Below are positions 15,801 through 24,016 of a DNA stretch of 24,419 bases, in pieces; the first letter of the stretch is position 1; each line of letters begins with the position of its first letter. Made by a program: the position numbers and the translations under genes. The stretch is taken from the IMG/VR virus record IMGVR_UViG_3300025326_000758. One strand, 5' to 3'. The notes under the pieces are model-generated. The model saw only the letters and a list, made by a program, of their open reading frames with translations. It had not been told where the DNA came from and did not search any database. The DNA comes from a virus.

Positions 15801-15966
15801 ACGAAACGAGGCGAATGCGGAACTCTTGAAACTGGAGGAGGAAAGAGGTCAAATAGCCTTGGATCGCAGTTCAGTCTACCGAATGCAGAACAAACGCAGG
15901 CTTGAGAGAGCCAGAGAACAGAAAAAGAGTATAGAATTGAACCGTAGGAAGAAGAGGAGGAAGTGA
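12874..15966 (+). CDS. Large fibre/adhesin-like protein: beta-rich N-domain, DNRLRE/CBM96-like domain, 20 tandem repeats, C-terminal coiled coil with basic tail
   Basis: YPIEIDVT linker; HAGFRW...VP..ATINSA, IIQEIVDQGGW..NN, AKLHIEY; repeats xGIASxExFGT; terminal EEIRQR...RRKKRRK. Confidence 0.65.
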   Translation: MAHPAKEARDRVIASFPDAVVVERRRNSIKHAIPSIPNKFILDLGIGPMHFGPSEDQEINTAWQPGIAPWDFQMTQAGFSAFALSNFSSGQIVKYVHPGSGESIAFQPQQLQYTNDLDQIQAIANPQSVGAVVQDEDVLFWQGAFGPGFDIRWQAQTARLDKRLVVDQASRWPTPTAQIIAGGNPVARLQFIFQVSTGIDIFVNGVLWTRQPNSTRDTQAYVEFRLQGTGEVLWSFNLPRSNASPVEDQDPDELLGTFRLRRTGPNLFVEHRIPIAWLQAADYPIEIDVTIDEVVGASADDASQTTADVVSILATSITVDNTQEHAGFRWTTVGVPVAATINSAWMSIFIVGTTTDEPQHQLRGQLVADAAEFTTGSNNIDARSRTTATVNWEDTDLGSGADEEWQWGAPNGSPTSGADIKTIIQEIVDQGGWAQNNAMVLIFEQHTLDSARDLAPNFYDASTSLAAKLHIEYTSSGPQTITCTGIASTEAFGTAQLNLQVLPSAISSTEAFGTSLFILYLLPTGIASSESFGTAVLSVGAVDVAPSGIATSESFGTATLTLYLLPSAIASAEAFGTALFVLYVVPSGIASGESFGTTTVTPGAVTVGPTGVASAETFGTAALALYLVPSGIASSESFGTAQLNLVLFPSGIASAESFGTAALVLYILPSGIASAESFGTATVTVGALVLFPDGIATSEAFGTTTLTPGAVTLSPTGIASAEAFGTSTLSLYLLPSSITSGESFGTAQLNLVLLVSGIASAEAFGTAQLNLTISASGIASSEAFGNATVSAGLLLLPDAIGSSESFGTTTLVPGAVDISPTGIASTESFGTATLGLYALPDGITTTELFGTALLGLYLLPTAISTEELFGTADVSTTGAQTIEPSSLLSEEVFGTALLEVEVLRVGARPQIFPVGPPVVVVDRAFPEEIRQRAIDQEAKRLRQEIVQREQLVKERIDSIRSLLADAREDTEDANRKRNEANAELLKLEEERGQIALDRSSVYRMQNKRRLERAREQKKSIELNRRKKRRK
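14323..15575 (+). repeat. Coding tandem repeat, 20 units of 20-24 aa (60-72 nt), consensus P-S-G-I-A-S-x-E-(A/S)-F-G-T-A
   Basis: Counted 20 ExFG units from TGIASTEAFG to SSLLSEEVFG; degenerate at the DNA level. Confidence 0.95.
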
Positions 15967-16268
15967 TGGCTGACTACCGCTTATACGACCGCGTGAAATC
16001 CGGGGAAATCTCTGGCTCGGCTACGGCGAAGCAGCTCCCCGACGTAAGCTGCCAAACCGTCATGTTCGTTGCCGCCAACTCAAACGTGGGAGATGTGTAC
16101 ATAGGAGGTAGTGGCGTTACCGCGCCGAACGGGACACAGGACGCTACCACTGGGTTCGAGTTGAAGCCAAGTGCCCAGAGCCCCTGGCTTACAGTACGCA
16201 ACCTTGATCGGTTCTACATCATTTGTGACAACGCCGGAGACGATCTGCTCTATCTGGCGCTGGAATGA
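15966..16268 (+). CDS. Small beta-sandwich structural protein (100 aa)
   Basis: TGATG coupling; Gly/Thr-rich, V.F.A..SNVGDVYIGGS...GFEL.P...W pattern; context. Confidence 0.6.
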   Translation: MADYRLYDRVKSGEISGSATAKQLPDVSCQTVMFVAANSNVGDVYIGGSGVTAPNGTQDATTGFELKPSAQSPWLTVRNLDRFYIICDNAGDDLLYLALE

Positions 16269-16280
16269 AAGGACCGAATA

Positions 16281-17003
16281 ATGCAGAAGAAACTGCTAAT
16301 AACCGGGTTCGTCTTGTTCGCACTATTTGCAGCCAGCTTGCCCTTCGTAGCCTATGCCGCAACGTTCTGGGCTGACTACTTTGAGGACGGCAATCTGAAT
16401 GAGTACACATCTCCAGACGGTACCAATATCGGAGTCGTGATCGAAGATACGGTAGTCTATGCGGGCAATTACTCCGTCAAGGCCGATAACGATTTGGGCG
16501 AGGATGCCTGGGGAAGTTCAGTATTGCGTAGATTTGTTGGCTACTCCAACGCGATGGGCGCTTCAATACGCTGGCGCATGGAGGCTGATTTCGAGGGAAG
16601 GCTCGGACCCGCGGTATTCCAATGCCGGTGGCGTAAGTCACTACAAGGCTACTATGTCCATCAATTCCCTCTTGAAGTGGTCGTGCGCTATATCAATAAT
16701 GTCCCGAAAGCATTCCTCTACGTGAAGGACTTTAGTGGCGATCTCACCTATGTAGCAGGTCCGATCACCTTGACGGAGGAAACATGGTATCAAGCCATCG
16801 TCAAGTCCAGCGGCGGTGGCTATGAGTACATTCACTTCGGAGGGACCACGTATTACCCAACTGTACAAGGTCACGCTACGGCGGAATCTTGCAATTGGAA
16901 CGGCCAGAAAACGGAGATAGTCTTCGGCGTAGATGCACTGGACGATGTTGAGTATTCGGGTCCGCAGTACGAATACTTCGACAACTTCCTGGGCGCAGAC
17001 TGA
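16281..17003 (+). CDS. Signal-peptide-bearing beta-sandwich (ConA/LamG-like) protein
   Basis: AAAGGA RBS; MQKK + hydrophobic core + AYA/A cleavage site; mature part DYFEDG..., GNYSVKA, TWYQAIV, YFDNF. Confidence 0.6.
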   Translation: MQKKLLITGFVLFALFAASLPFVAYAATFWADYFEDGNLNEYTSPDGTNIGVVIEDTVVYAGNYSVKADNDLGEDAWGSSVLRRFVGYSNAMGASIRWRMEADFEGRLGPAVFQCRWRKSLQGYYVHQFPLEVVVRYINNVPKAFLYVKDFSGDLTYVAGPITLTEETWYQAIVKSSGGGYEYIHFGGTTYYPTVQGHATAESCNWNGQKTEIVFGVDALDDVEYSGPQYEYFDNFLGAD

Positions 17004-17869
17004 TGCCACCTGAATGTCAAATCTTCAACTCGGCAGCCATAAGCATCCCTACCGGCGCGGGTTATACCACGCTGACGTTTGACAGCGAGGTATTTGACAC
17101 TGGCGCGATGCACAGTACCTCCTCGAATACCGACCAGATCACGATGCCGGAGGCGGGCATATATCTGTTGCAGGCCAAAGTACGCTGGGCAGCCAATGCC
17201 ACTGCATATCGCGAGTTCGTCTTCGTCAGGAATGAGACAGACGCCTTGGGTGCCAAGACGGTATGGCCGGGATTAGCCACGGCTTGGCCGATGACCGTGG
17301 CCTGTCTTCAGGAATTCGCCGTGAACGACTATGTAGAGTGCTGGGTTCGGATCGGAGCCGCGGGCGCTGCCACGAATGTTGAGGCCGAGGCTGGATTGAC
17401 GCCCTACGTCCACGCGATTAAGTTGCCCGACGGACTAGCCAGATGCTCGTTATCAACCACCGCTGCACAAACCATACCTAATAATGACCGAACAGCTATC
17501 AGCTTTGACCTGGAGAACTCAGACGATCAGGGAATGCACGATGCGGGCAGTCCAACAAGGGTCAATTTCTCAGCGGACGGCTGGTACGCCGTCTTCGCAC
17601 AGATGCGTTGGGCCGCCAACACGACTGGGTTTCGGGAAGTGCGAACTGCCAGAAATGGTCAGGTTATTGACTTGGGCTGTGGGAGCGACAGCATGGCACC
17701 AACTACATCGCTAGTGACACAGATGCAGGTTATGAGCTTTCTCCCTATGCTGGCCGGAGACTACTTGGAGATGTATGTCGGACAGAACTCCGGCGGCAAT
17801 CTCGTCGTGCAATCGCCTGGAGATGGGCTGACGCCTCTATTACATATTGTCCAGATGCCAGACCTCTAA
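17003..17869 (+). CDS. Protein of two tandem C1q/TNF-like jelly-roll domains
   Basis: Each half: (C)x5-SIP...T.(L/I).FD....D...MH......(I/V).....G.Y.(L/V).A..RWAAN.T..RE...RN ... DY(V/L)E..V ... LTP..H. Confidence 0.7.
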   Translation: MPPECQIFNSAAISIPTGAGYTTLTFDSEVFDTGAMHSTSSNTDQITMPEAGIYLLQAKVRWAANATAYREFVFVRNETDALGAKTVWPGLATAWPMTVACLQEFAVNDYVECWVRIGAAGAATNVEAEAGLTPYVHAIKLPDGLARCSLSTTAAQTIPNNDRTAISFDLENSDDQGMHDAGSPTRVNFSADGWYAVFAQMRWAANTTGFREVRTARNGQVIDLGCGSDSMAPTTSLVTQMQVMSFLPMLAGDYLEMYVGQNSGGNLVVQSPGDGLTPLLHIVQMPDL

Positions 17870-18366
17870 TGCGCGCAGTGCGGGCGTATCACGATGCAGA
17901 GCAGATCATCGCCGGGGCCACTTGGACACAGGTAGCGTTGAATTCCGAGCTTTCAGATACGAGCAACATGCACAGCACGACGGTCAACAATGAGCGGATC
18001 ACCATTGACGAGGCCGCCAGTTTCGCGTTTGCATTCCATGCCACCTGGACTTTCGAGAATACTTCGGGGGTCCGAGGCATTCGGATCAAGAAGACGGGAA
18101 CCGTCATTGTTTCTTCACTATCGAACGACCTCTATCCGTCAGCTTATCACTGGACGCACTCCATGTCATTTTGCGACCGCTTTGCTGTCGGTGATTATCT
18201 GACTGTGGAGGTTTATCAGGAAAACGCCGATCTAACCGGGGGACTACGCTCAGTGGGATGGAATACTCCGCACATGGCCGGAGGTATATTCGTTGAGGTT
18301 ACGCCGGTGACGGGGGACGCCGTAGTTGCGGCGACTGTTGGTTCCGATATGGCTATACTTGACTAG
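17869..18366 (+). CDS. Single C1q/TNF-like domain protein
   Basis: TAATG coupling; Q.I....WT.V.LNSE..D...MH....ITI ... F..GDYL.VEVYQ, alignable by eye to the two upstream domains. Confidence 0.65.
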   Translation: MRAVRAYHDAEQIIAGATWTQVALNSELSDTSNMHSTTVNNERITIDEAASFAFAFHATWTFENTSGVRGIRIKKTGTVIVSSLSNDLYPSAYHWTHSMSFCDRFAVGDYLTVEVYQENADLTGGLRSVGWNTPHMAGGIFVEVTPVTGDAVVAATVGSDMAILD

Positions 18367-18373
18367 GAGGACA

Positions 18374-18682
18374 ATGATGGACTATTCAGGCATGGATCAG
18401 GCTCAACTGGTAGACACGCTGCACGAACTGGACAAGCGGAAGGATGACTTGGGGAAGATTCTCCAAAGCGGGAATCGATTTGGTGTGGATTTCTACGAGT
18501 CGCTTACCCATCTTGGATGTAGACTGTGCATGGGGGAGGCTGCAGAACAGGTAGACGCGAAGGGGAAGAAATGGACTTCTTGGAAGGGCCAACCCCTGAT
18601 TGGAACTGAACTTCCGTGCCGGAGCTGCCGCCATCTAAGGTCTCTGATGGTAGGAAAGACCGGCTTTCACATAACGGTGTGA
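18374..18682 (+). CDS. Small coiled-coil plus Cys4 (putative Zn-binding) protein
   Basis: TAGGAGG RBS; CRLC...CRSC. Confidence 0.65.
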   Translation: MMDYSGMDQAQLVDTLHELDKRKDDLGKILQSGNRFGVDFYESLTHLGCRLCMGEAAEQVDAKGKKWTSWKGQPLIGTELPCRSCRHLRSLMVGKTGFHITV

Positions 18683-18683
18683 C

Positions 18684-18920
18684 ATGGAATACTCCAAACT
18701 ATCCAAAGAGCAATTGATCGAGGAAATCGGCAAGCGAGAGGCGGAGATCGAAGAAATCCGCCAACTAAGCGACGCGGCCCAACATCTCAACCCAGTGGAG
18801 TTCCGCTCTCTGAAATGGACCTATTGTCGAGAGTGCGGGAATCGGTTGGTGGACACCGCGGGATGTAATAGCTGTTCAGCGGCCAAAGCATCCTACATGA
18901 GCGAGAATGGAAGGGAATGA
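18684..18920 (+). CDS. Small coiled-coil plus Cys4 zinc-ribbon protein
   Basis: CREC-x9-CNSC; N-terminus resembles the preceding ORF. Confidence 0.65.
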   Translation: MEYSKLSKEQLIEEIGKREAEIEEIRQLSDAAQHLNPVEFRSLKWTYCRECGNRLVDTAGCNSCSAAKASYMSENGRE

Positions 18921-20176
18921 GCGAAACTCTAGCAACCGCAACCTACCGTCTAGCACGCGAACTCGGGATCGTGGTTGAGGGAGTTGCGACGGGTGGCTCT
19001 GCTACAACCCTCATCGACACCAACGACTTAACCCAAGCAGACGACTACTGGAATTCGGCATCGTTGTGGATTCTCCGAGACGCAGCAGAGGGTGGTGCTG
19101 CACCTGAAGGACAGTTCGCCATCGTGTCGGACTTCACCGCCTCAAGCGACACACTCTCGCTCCGGTCAACTTTCGCAGAACTGATAACCAACGGAGGCTT
19201 CGCTGCGGATACAGACTGGACGAAGGGGACTGGCTGGGCGATTGCTGCGGGTCTAGCAACAAAGACCGCTGGTACTGGAAGCGACCTGGAACAAGACATC
19301 TCGGTAACTGAGGCGCAGACTTACACCGTCATCTTTACGGTCTCTGGGAGGACGGCCGGGACGATTGTAGCCAAGGTCGCGGGAACTTCTGGGACTTCCA
19401 GATCAACCAATGCCACGTTCACAGAGAACATCGTTGCGGGAAGCGGGACGACTCCAAGGTTTGAACTCACGGCGGACTCATCTTTCGACGGCAGCGTAGA
19501 CAATGTATCGGTTATCTCCTCTGCACTATCCGTTGCCGTAGCCTCAGGAGACCGCTACGCTCTAGGGAAGAAACGCTATCCCCTTCATATCCTCATTCAA
19601 AAGGTCAACCAAGCTCTTACTGAGATGGGAACCATCCCCATTACGGATACGACCACGGTTGACACCGCCTCCGCTCAAACGGAATACTCCCTCCCGATTG
19701 CGGCCAACACAGACTTGAGAGAGGTGTGGTTCCAGACCATTACTGGAGACACGAACGACAACCGATGGAGGAAGATGCACGACTGGTACGTCCAGAGAAG
19801 TGCTACTGGAACCGCTGACCTCCTGATGCTTCCAGTCCAGTACCCCGCTCCTAGGGACATCAAGATCGTCTACATGGACGTTCACCCCTCTTTGGATGAC
19901 CACGACGACAAGATCAGTGAACACGTCCACATCTCCAGAGTCGTTATGGAGGCAATCGTCCTTGCTCTTCACTGGAGGAAGCAGAAGATTGGACTAGGAG
20001 ACCCGACCTTGAACGAGCAACTCAACTTCTATCTGGCTCCTGAAGCAGGTGGATTATCACGTCTTGACAAGATCAGGATCAAGTACCCCATCCGCGCTCC
20101 ACAGGCTCACCGCAGATTTCTGGTTATGGGCCAGCGAGTAGCTGAAGATGAGTTCTACACCCCCCCAGCCCCATGA
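18917..20176 (+). CDS. Putative head-tail adaptor (tail tubular protein A-like) with accessory beta-domains
   Basis: N-terminal helix, accessory domains, then LIQKVNQAL...TEYSLP...YP..RDIKIVY adaptor-like core; directly upstream of the nozzle-like gene. Confidence 0.55.
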   Translation: MSETLATATYRLARELGIVVEGVATGGSATTLIDTNDLTQADDYWNSASLWILRDAAEGGAAPEGQFAIVSDFTASSDTLSLRSTFAELITNGGFAADTDWTKGTGWAIAAGLATKTAGTGSDLEQDISVTEAQTYTVIFTVSGRTAGTIVAKVAGTSGTSRSTNATFTENIVAGSGTTPRFELTADSSFDGSVDNVSVISSALSVAVASGDRYALGKKRYPLHILIQKVNQALTEMGTIPITDTTTVDTASAQTEYSLPIAANTDLREVWFQTITGDTNDNRWRKMHDWYVQRSATGTADLLMLPVQYPAPRDIKIVYMDVHPSLDDHDDKISEHVHISRVVMEAIVLALHWRKQKIGLGDPTLNEQLNFYLAPEAGGLSRLDKIRIKYPIRAPQAHRRFLVMGQRVAEDEFYTPPAP

Positions 20177-22809
20177 CGATTGATGCGACTCCTACAAGTG
20201 ATTCGCCTACTCACGTTGTAAGTTTCGAGGATGGTTCAGCCAACAAAGTAGGTCTTGTTTCGGTTGATGGTCGGGCCATCTACAATCCTCGGGCGATCAT
20301 CAGGTCCCCCCTCCAAAGAACTTCTCTAAAGACCTCACAGGGAAGCACAAAGTATTCTGACTTCTCCGAACCCTTCACACCTATCTCTCAAGATGACTGG
20401 TCTGGAGGAAGGGGGCAGGAAGACTTTGAGAGGGATAGATCAAGGTTCTTCGACTCCTACCGTCTGAATACCTGGATGGCTAACCAAGTTGTTTTAGGAC
20501 CCCAAGAACAATACACCACTGGATACCGAAGCCTCAACCAGAGTATGCCTGGAAGTGTAAGTTGGATCTCTTTAACTGGAAGTCGTGCCTACTTCGCCAA
20601 GAGTTTTGTTCCCTCAGCAAGTTACACGGCGGCGAAGACGTACATCTGGGTTCGCAGAATTGGAACTCCCAACGGCTCAATTAATGGCGGCATCTTTAAT
20701 GATTCGGCTGGAGATCCCGGAACAGTACGGGTTTCCACATCGGTGACGGTTGCTGGATTCGGAAGTGATGCTAGTTCGCAGTTACTTGGATTTGGACATG
20801 CTGCTTCTGCACTTACTGGATCGACCACATACCACGTGAAGGTATGGGCTGGTTCTCTTTCGGATAACGCAACCAACTGCTGGCAGGTAGGAGTCAACAA
20901 CGCATCAGGAACGACAAAGAAGTCTTCCGACGACAGTGCATGGTCGGCTGACACTGTGGATCTCTACTATAGGATTATCGACGCAGATGATGACCGTGCT
21001 ACGATCTACTTCCAGTATAAGGAAGGCTGGTATGGGATAACAGCGGATGCTGATGGGACCTCCGCCCCCAAACTCTACCTAAACGGTGATCGAGGTGTTG
21101 CAGATGCAAATACTGGCACTCTTGATCGGTTGATTGATGCGACAAAGAGTTGGACCGCGGATGCTTACAACGGATATGTCGTACTTCTACAAGCAGGTAC
21201 AGGACAGTTTGAAGACCCTCCTTGGAGAGTTATCACAGATACAACCACTACTGCATTGATCGTCAGCCCCGATTGGGTCGTTACTCACGATACCACAACG
21301 GAGTATGTCATCCTCGGAACAAACCAGTGGATTGAAATTACAGGACACGGACTGACAAAACCAGTCACTGATGTTTTGGTGAGCAACCGGGATCTCGTCT
21401 ATTTCGCACAGGGCGACGCGACGACCTTCCGCCGCTTTCGCGGATACAACAACTCGGGAACTTGGACGAATGAGTTTGCCGCGGACGGAACCAATGTAGG
21501 GACATTCTTTACACTCGCCAATGATCCGGTGAACGGAATGCAGGTTTGGGTCGCCAATGTGGATCAGTCAGGCGCGAAAAGAGCAGACACGAAAACCTGG
21601 GGGACCAATCTGACCCTGGGAAGTAACATCAAATGCGGCAATGATGATGAACACATAACGGGGATTGACCGCTATGGTTCTCCAGAAATCCCGTGGATAT
21701 TGAAGGAAGGCTCAATTTGGTCGATTGATAACGACATCGCCCAAGCCGTACCTTTACGAGAGATGATGCAAGTCAAGTCTGAGACGAACGGCAGAGGGCA
21801 TCTCGTCCACGGCGTATACCTCTATATCAATCTGCTGCACTCACTTGAACGCTTCTATCGGAACAATCTGGATGACGTTGGGCCATCTCAGGACTTCGGT
21901 TTACCCAGCAATAGGCAGGGGCCTATCTCCGCGTTGGTTGGGTATCCCGGAAGGTTTTTCGCATCAGTAGACGGGGGATCCAGTAACTATTCATCCATCC
22001 TCACCTCCACCGGGTCAAGCGATTGGCATGAGATTTATCGCGCTCCAGAGGTGGGGAAGCGGATACGGAATATGGCCTTCGAGGTGGTACCAGGACTCTC
22101 AGATCGTCTCTGGTTCTCTCAGGGAATGGATATGCTGTGGCTGTACTTTCCATCAAACACACTTGATCCCACGAGAGATTCAAGTTATCGCTTCACGCAT
22201 GAAGGACATCTCATTACGTCTTGGACCTACCTGGACTTACAAGATGTCCCCAAGCTCTTCAAAAGCGTGAAAGTCTTCGGAGAGAACTACTCTGGGTCTA
22301 CAAGGGTCATCAGTTGCGATTATCAAACAGACGGCGACGACGAGTCTTCTGCGTGGACCGAAATCAGCGGTACGTTCAATACTGTGCCAATAGAAGAGAT
22401 TGACTTCGCATCCAACGCTGTGACGGGTGCCGTTACAGGAAGACGGATCAGGCTACGGTTCCGCTTCTATACGGATGATGCCTCTGAGAGTCCCCGAATG
22501 AAGGCTTCCATCATCGAGGCTATTGGAAGGATCGGGACGAAGTTCCAGTACAGCGTGAACTACCGGGCCAAGGATGAAGACATCGACTTGGAGGGGGACG
22601 AGGTTACTGAATTCACGACTGTACAGGCTGTCATGACGCAACTGGATAGTTGGGCGAACTCGGCTACCCCACTTACGATGCGCTGCGTCTATTCTCCATT
22701 TGATAGCAAGACCGTCCTCTTAGAACCCAGCACATTGCAACCCTACGCCAATGTCCCCGATGAGCAAGTCGAGACTCATGTGGCGCAGGTCGTAGCCACC
22801 GAAATCTGA
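20173..22809 (+). CDS. Putative tail nozzle/stabilisation protein (T7 gp12 / P22 gp10-like beta-propeller) with inserted domains
   Basis: 878 aa, beta-rich; DDWSGGRGQ N-motif, propeller-like blades (ILKEGSIW, LYINLLHSLERF, GRFFASVD, RLWFSQG), C-terminal HLITSW.YLD...PKLFKSVKV and GRRIRLRF. Confidence 0.6.
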   Translation: MTIDATPTSDSPTHVVSFEDGSANKVGLVSVDGRAIYNPRAIIRSPLQRTSLKTSQGSTKYSDFSEPFTPISQDDWSGGRGQEDFERDRSRFFDSYRLNTWMANQVVLGPQEQYTTGYRSLNQSMPGSVSWISLTGSRAYFAKSFVPSASYTAAKTYIWVRRIGTPNGSINGGIFNDSAGDPGTVRVSTSVTVAGFGSDASSQLLGFGHAASALTGSTTYHVKVWAGSLSDNATNCWQVGVNNASGTTKKSSDDSAWSADTVDLYYRIIDADDDRATIYFQYKEGWYGITADADGTSAPKLYLNGDRGVADANTGTLDRLIDATKSWTADAYNGYVVLLQAGTGQFEDPPWRVITDTTTTALIVSPDWVVTHDTTTEYVILGTNQWIEITGHGLTKPVTDVLVSNRDLVYFAQGDATTFRRFRGYNNSGTWTNEFAADGTNVGTFFTLANDPVNGMQVWVANVDQSGAKRADTKTWGTNLTLGSNIKCGNDDEHITGIDRYGSPEIPWILKEGSIWSIDNDIAQAVPLREMMQVKSETNGRGHLVHGVYLYINLLHSLERFYRNNLDDVGPSQDFGLPSNRQGPISALVGYPGRFFASVDGGSSNYSSILTSTGSSDWHEIYRAPEVGKRIRNMAFEVVPGLSDRLWFSQGMDMLWLYFPSNTLDPTRDSSYRFTHEGHLITSWTYLDLQDVPKLFKSVKVFGENYSGSTRVISCDYQTDGDDESSAWTEISGTFNTVPIEEIDFASNAVTGAVTGRRIRLRFRFYTDDASESPRMKASIIEAIGRIGTKFQYSVNYRAKDEDIDLEGDEVTEFTTVQAVMTQLDSWANSATPLTMRCVYSPFDSKTVLLEPSTLQPYANVPDEQVETHVAQVVATEI

Positions 22810-23249
22810 TGTTCCCCGTTCAGAGAGTAGTCACCCCGACGCTTCCGAAGCTGAACATCATCACCCCCAGAGTTGGTGAAGAGGATGTCATCCAACCCAT
22901 TCAGGGAATACTTCCTGACAGCCTCCCCGAATACTGGATATCGAGGGCTTTGGAGAGGCTGAGGCACAGGTTCATCTTTCAGTATGAGATATTCGGAGTT
23001 CGGGGGGTCAGAGGATCATATAAGATTGACTGGCTTATTCTATCCACTGTCCCCCTAGCAACCCCCCTGGAATACTTCGGGGAGTATTGGCACTCAGGAG
23101 AGATGGGAGCGGAGGATCAATTCAGGATCAACCAGATCAATGACTATTTCCAGGGGTCGGCTTTTCCTGTTGAGATCATTTGGGGGAATGAAACGAAAAC
23201 CGAGGAAGATGCCAACGCTGTGCTCTTGAGGAAGATTGGCAGGGCATGA
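22809..23249 (+). CDS. PD-(D/E)XK Vsr/DUF559-like endonuclease-fold protein
   Basis: SLPEYWISRAL, F.FQY, YKIDW, LEYFGEYWH, VEIIW match the E...D...E.(D/F)G.YWH pattern. Confidence 0.65.
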   Translation: MFPVQRVVTPTLPKLNIITPRVGEEDVIQPIQGILPDSLPEYWISRALERLRHRFIFQYEIFGVRGVRGSYKIDWLILSTVPLATPLEYFGEYWHSGEMGAEDQFRINQINDYFQGSAFPVEIIWGNETKTEEDANAVLLRKIGRA

Positions 23250-23273
23250 CATTCCTTCGCTGGAGGAGAAGCC

Positions 23274-23894
23274 GTGGGAAGACTCGCTGACCTGCTTACC
23301 TCTCGGGGTGAGCTGAATCTGCAAGAACGGCATGAACTTGCCGGCCTTCTGGATCGACTAGAAAACGATGTACGACATGCTTGGATAGCTGGTGAGAGTG
23401 TTACATTTCCTCGGCGGGTGCTTTTTCAACGGGAAATTGATCTGGCGGGGCGATGGGTCTTCCAACAAAGCACAACGCTTGATCGCCTAAACTTCATAAA
23501 CCAGGCCACCGGGAATGCAGTTCTCGCGTTTGACAATCTCGGGGATGAGGTGTTTATCCGAACCAATCTTAACTTCGCCGTTCCCGCAGCAATAACTATA
23601 TCCGGGGGGATCATCTCCGTAAGCCACACCTATACAAGGGTACAAAATGAGGGTGGAGCAGCAACTGACGATCTGGATACCATAAACGAAGCAGCAGGAG
23701 CCAGCATCGGTGGCCGACTGTTGATCCTACAGGCTTTCGACGATGCCCAAACTGTTGTAGTAAAGGATGGGACTGGGAACATTCGTCTCGCTGGAGATAT
23801 GTCACTGGATTCGGAGCAAGATACGATTGTCCTTCTCGGGGACAGTAAAGGTAGTGGTAACTGGTATGAGTTGTGCAGGAGCAACAACGCATGA
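23274..23894 (+). CDS. Tail-fibre-like structural protein (206 aa)
   Basis: GTG with GGAGGAG RBS; C-domain AITISGGII...EGGAATDDLDTI...LIL......VVKDGTGNI.L.GD..LD...D...L...WYEL.R resembles phage fibre C-termini. Confidence 0.5.
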   Translation: MGRLADLLTSRGELNLQERHELAGLLDRLENDVRHAWIAGESVTFPRRVLFQREIDLAGRWVFQQSTTLDRLNFINQATGNAVLAFDNLGDEVFIRTNLNFAVPAAITISGGIISVSHTYTRVQNEGGAATDDLDTINEAAGASIGGRLLILQAFDDAQTVVVKDGTGNIRLAGDMSLDSEQDTIVLLGDSKGSGNWYELCRSNNA

Positions 23895-24016
23895 ACTTCT
23901 CGGATGCAGTAGTTCTAGTAGTCTCGTTTGACCTGCTGATCATAGGAGTGGTGGGCTGGGTTCTCTCAGCGGAGAAGACCTTGAACCTACTGTTTGACTG
24001 GTGGTTTGGGCTATGA
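23891..24016 (+). CDS. 41-aa single-TM membrane protein (holin-like candidate); not in the ORF track
   Basis: MNFSDAVVLVVSFDLLIIGVVGWVLSAEKTLNLLFDWWFGL; ATGA-coupled at both ends (23891-23894, 24013-24016); directly upstream of the lysin. Confidence 0.4.
   Translation: MNFSDAVVLVVSFDLLIIGVVGWVLSAEKTLNLLFDWWFGL

Noticed and set aside
16281-18366. Diversity-generating retroelement targeting the lectin/C1q domains
   Set aside because: No reverse transcriptase and no near-identical TR/VR pair differing at adenines was visible in the window.
23246-23290. 14-codon Arg-rich mini-ORF (MTFLRWRRSRGKTR) coupled to the nuclease stop
   Set aside because: Too short to support; explained by the purine-rich RBS of the GTG at 23274.
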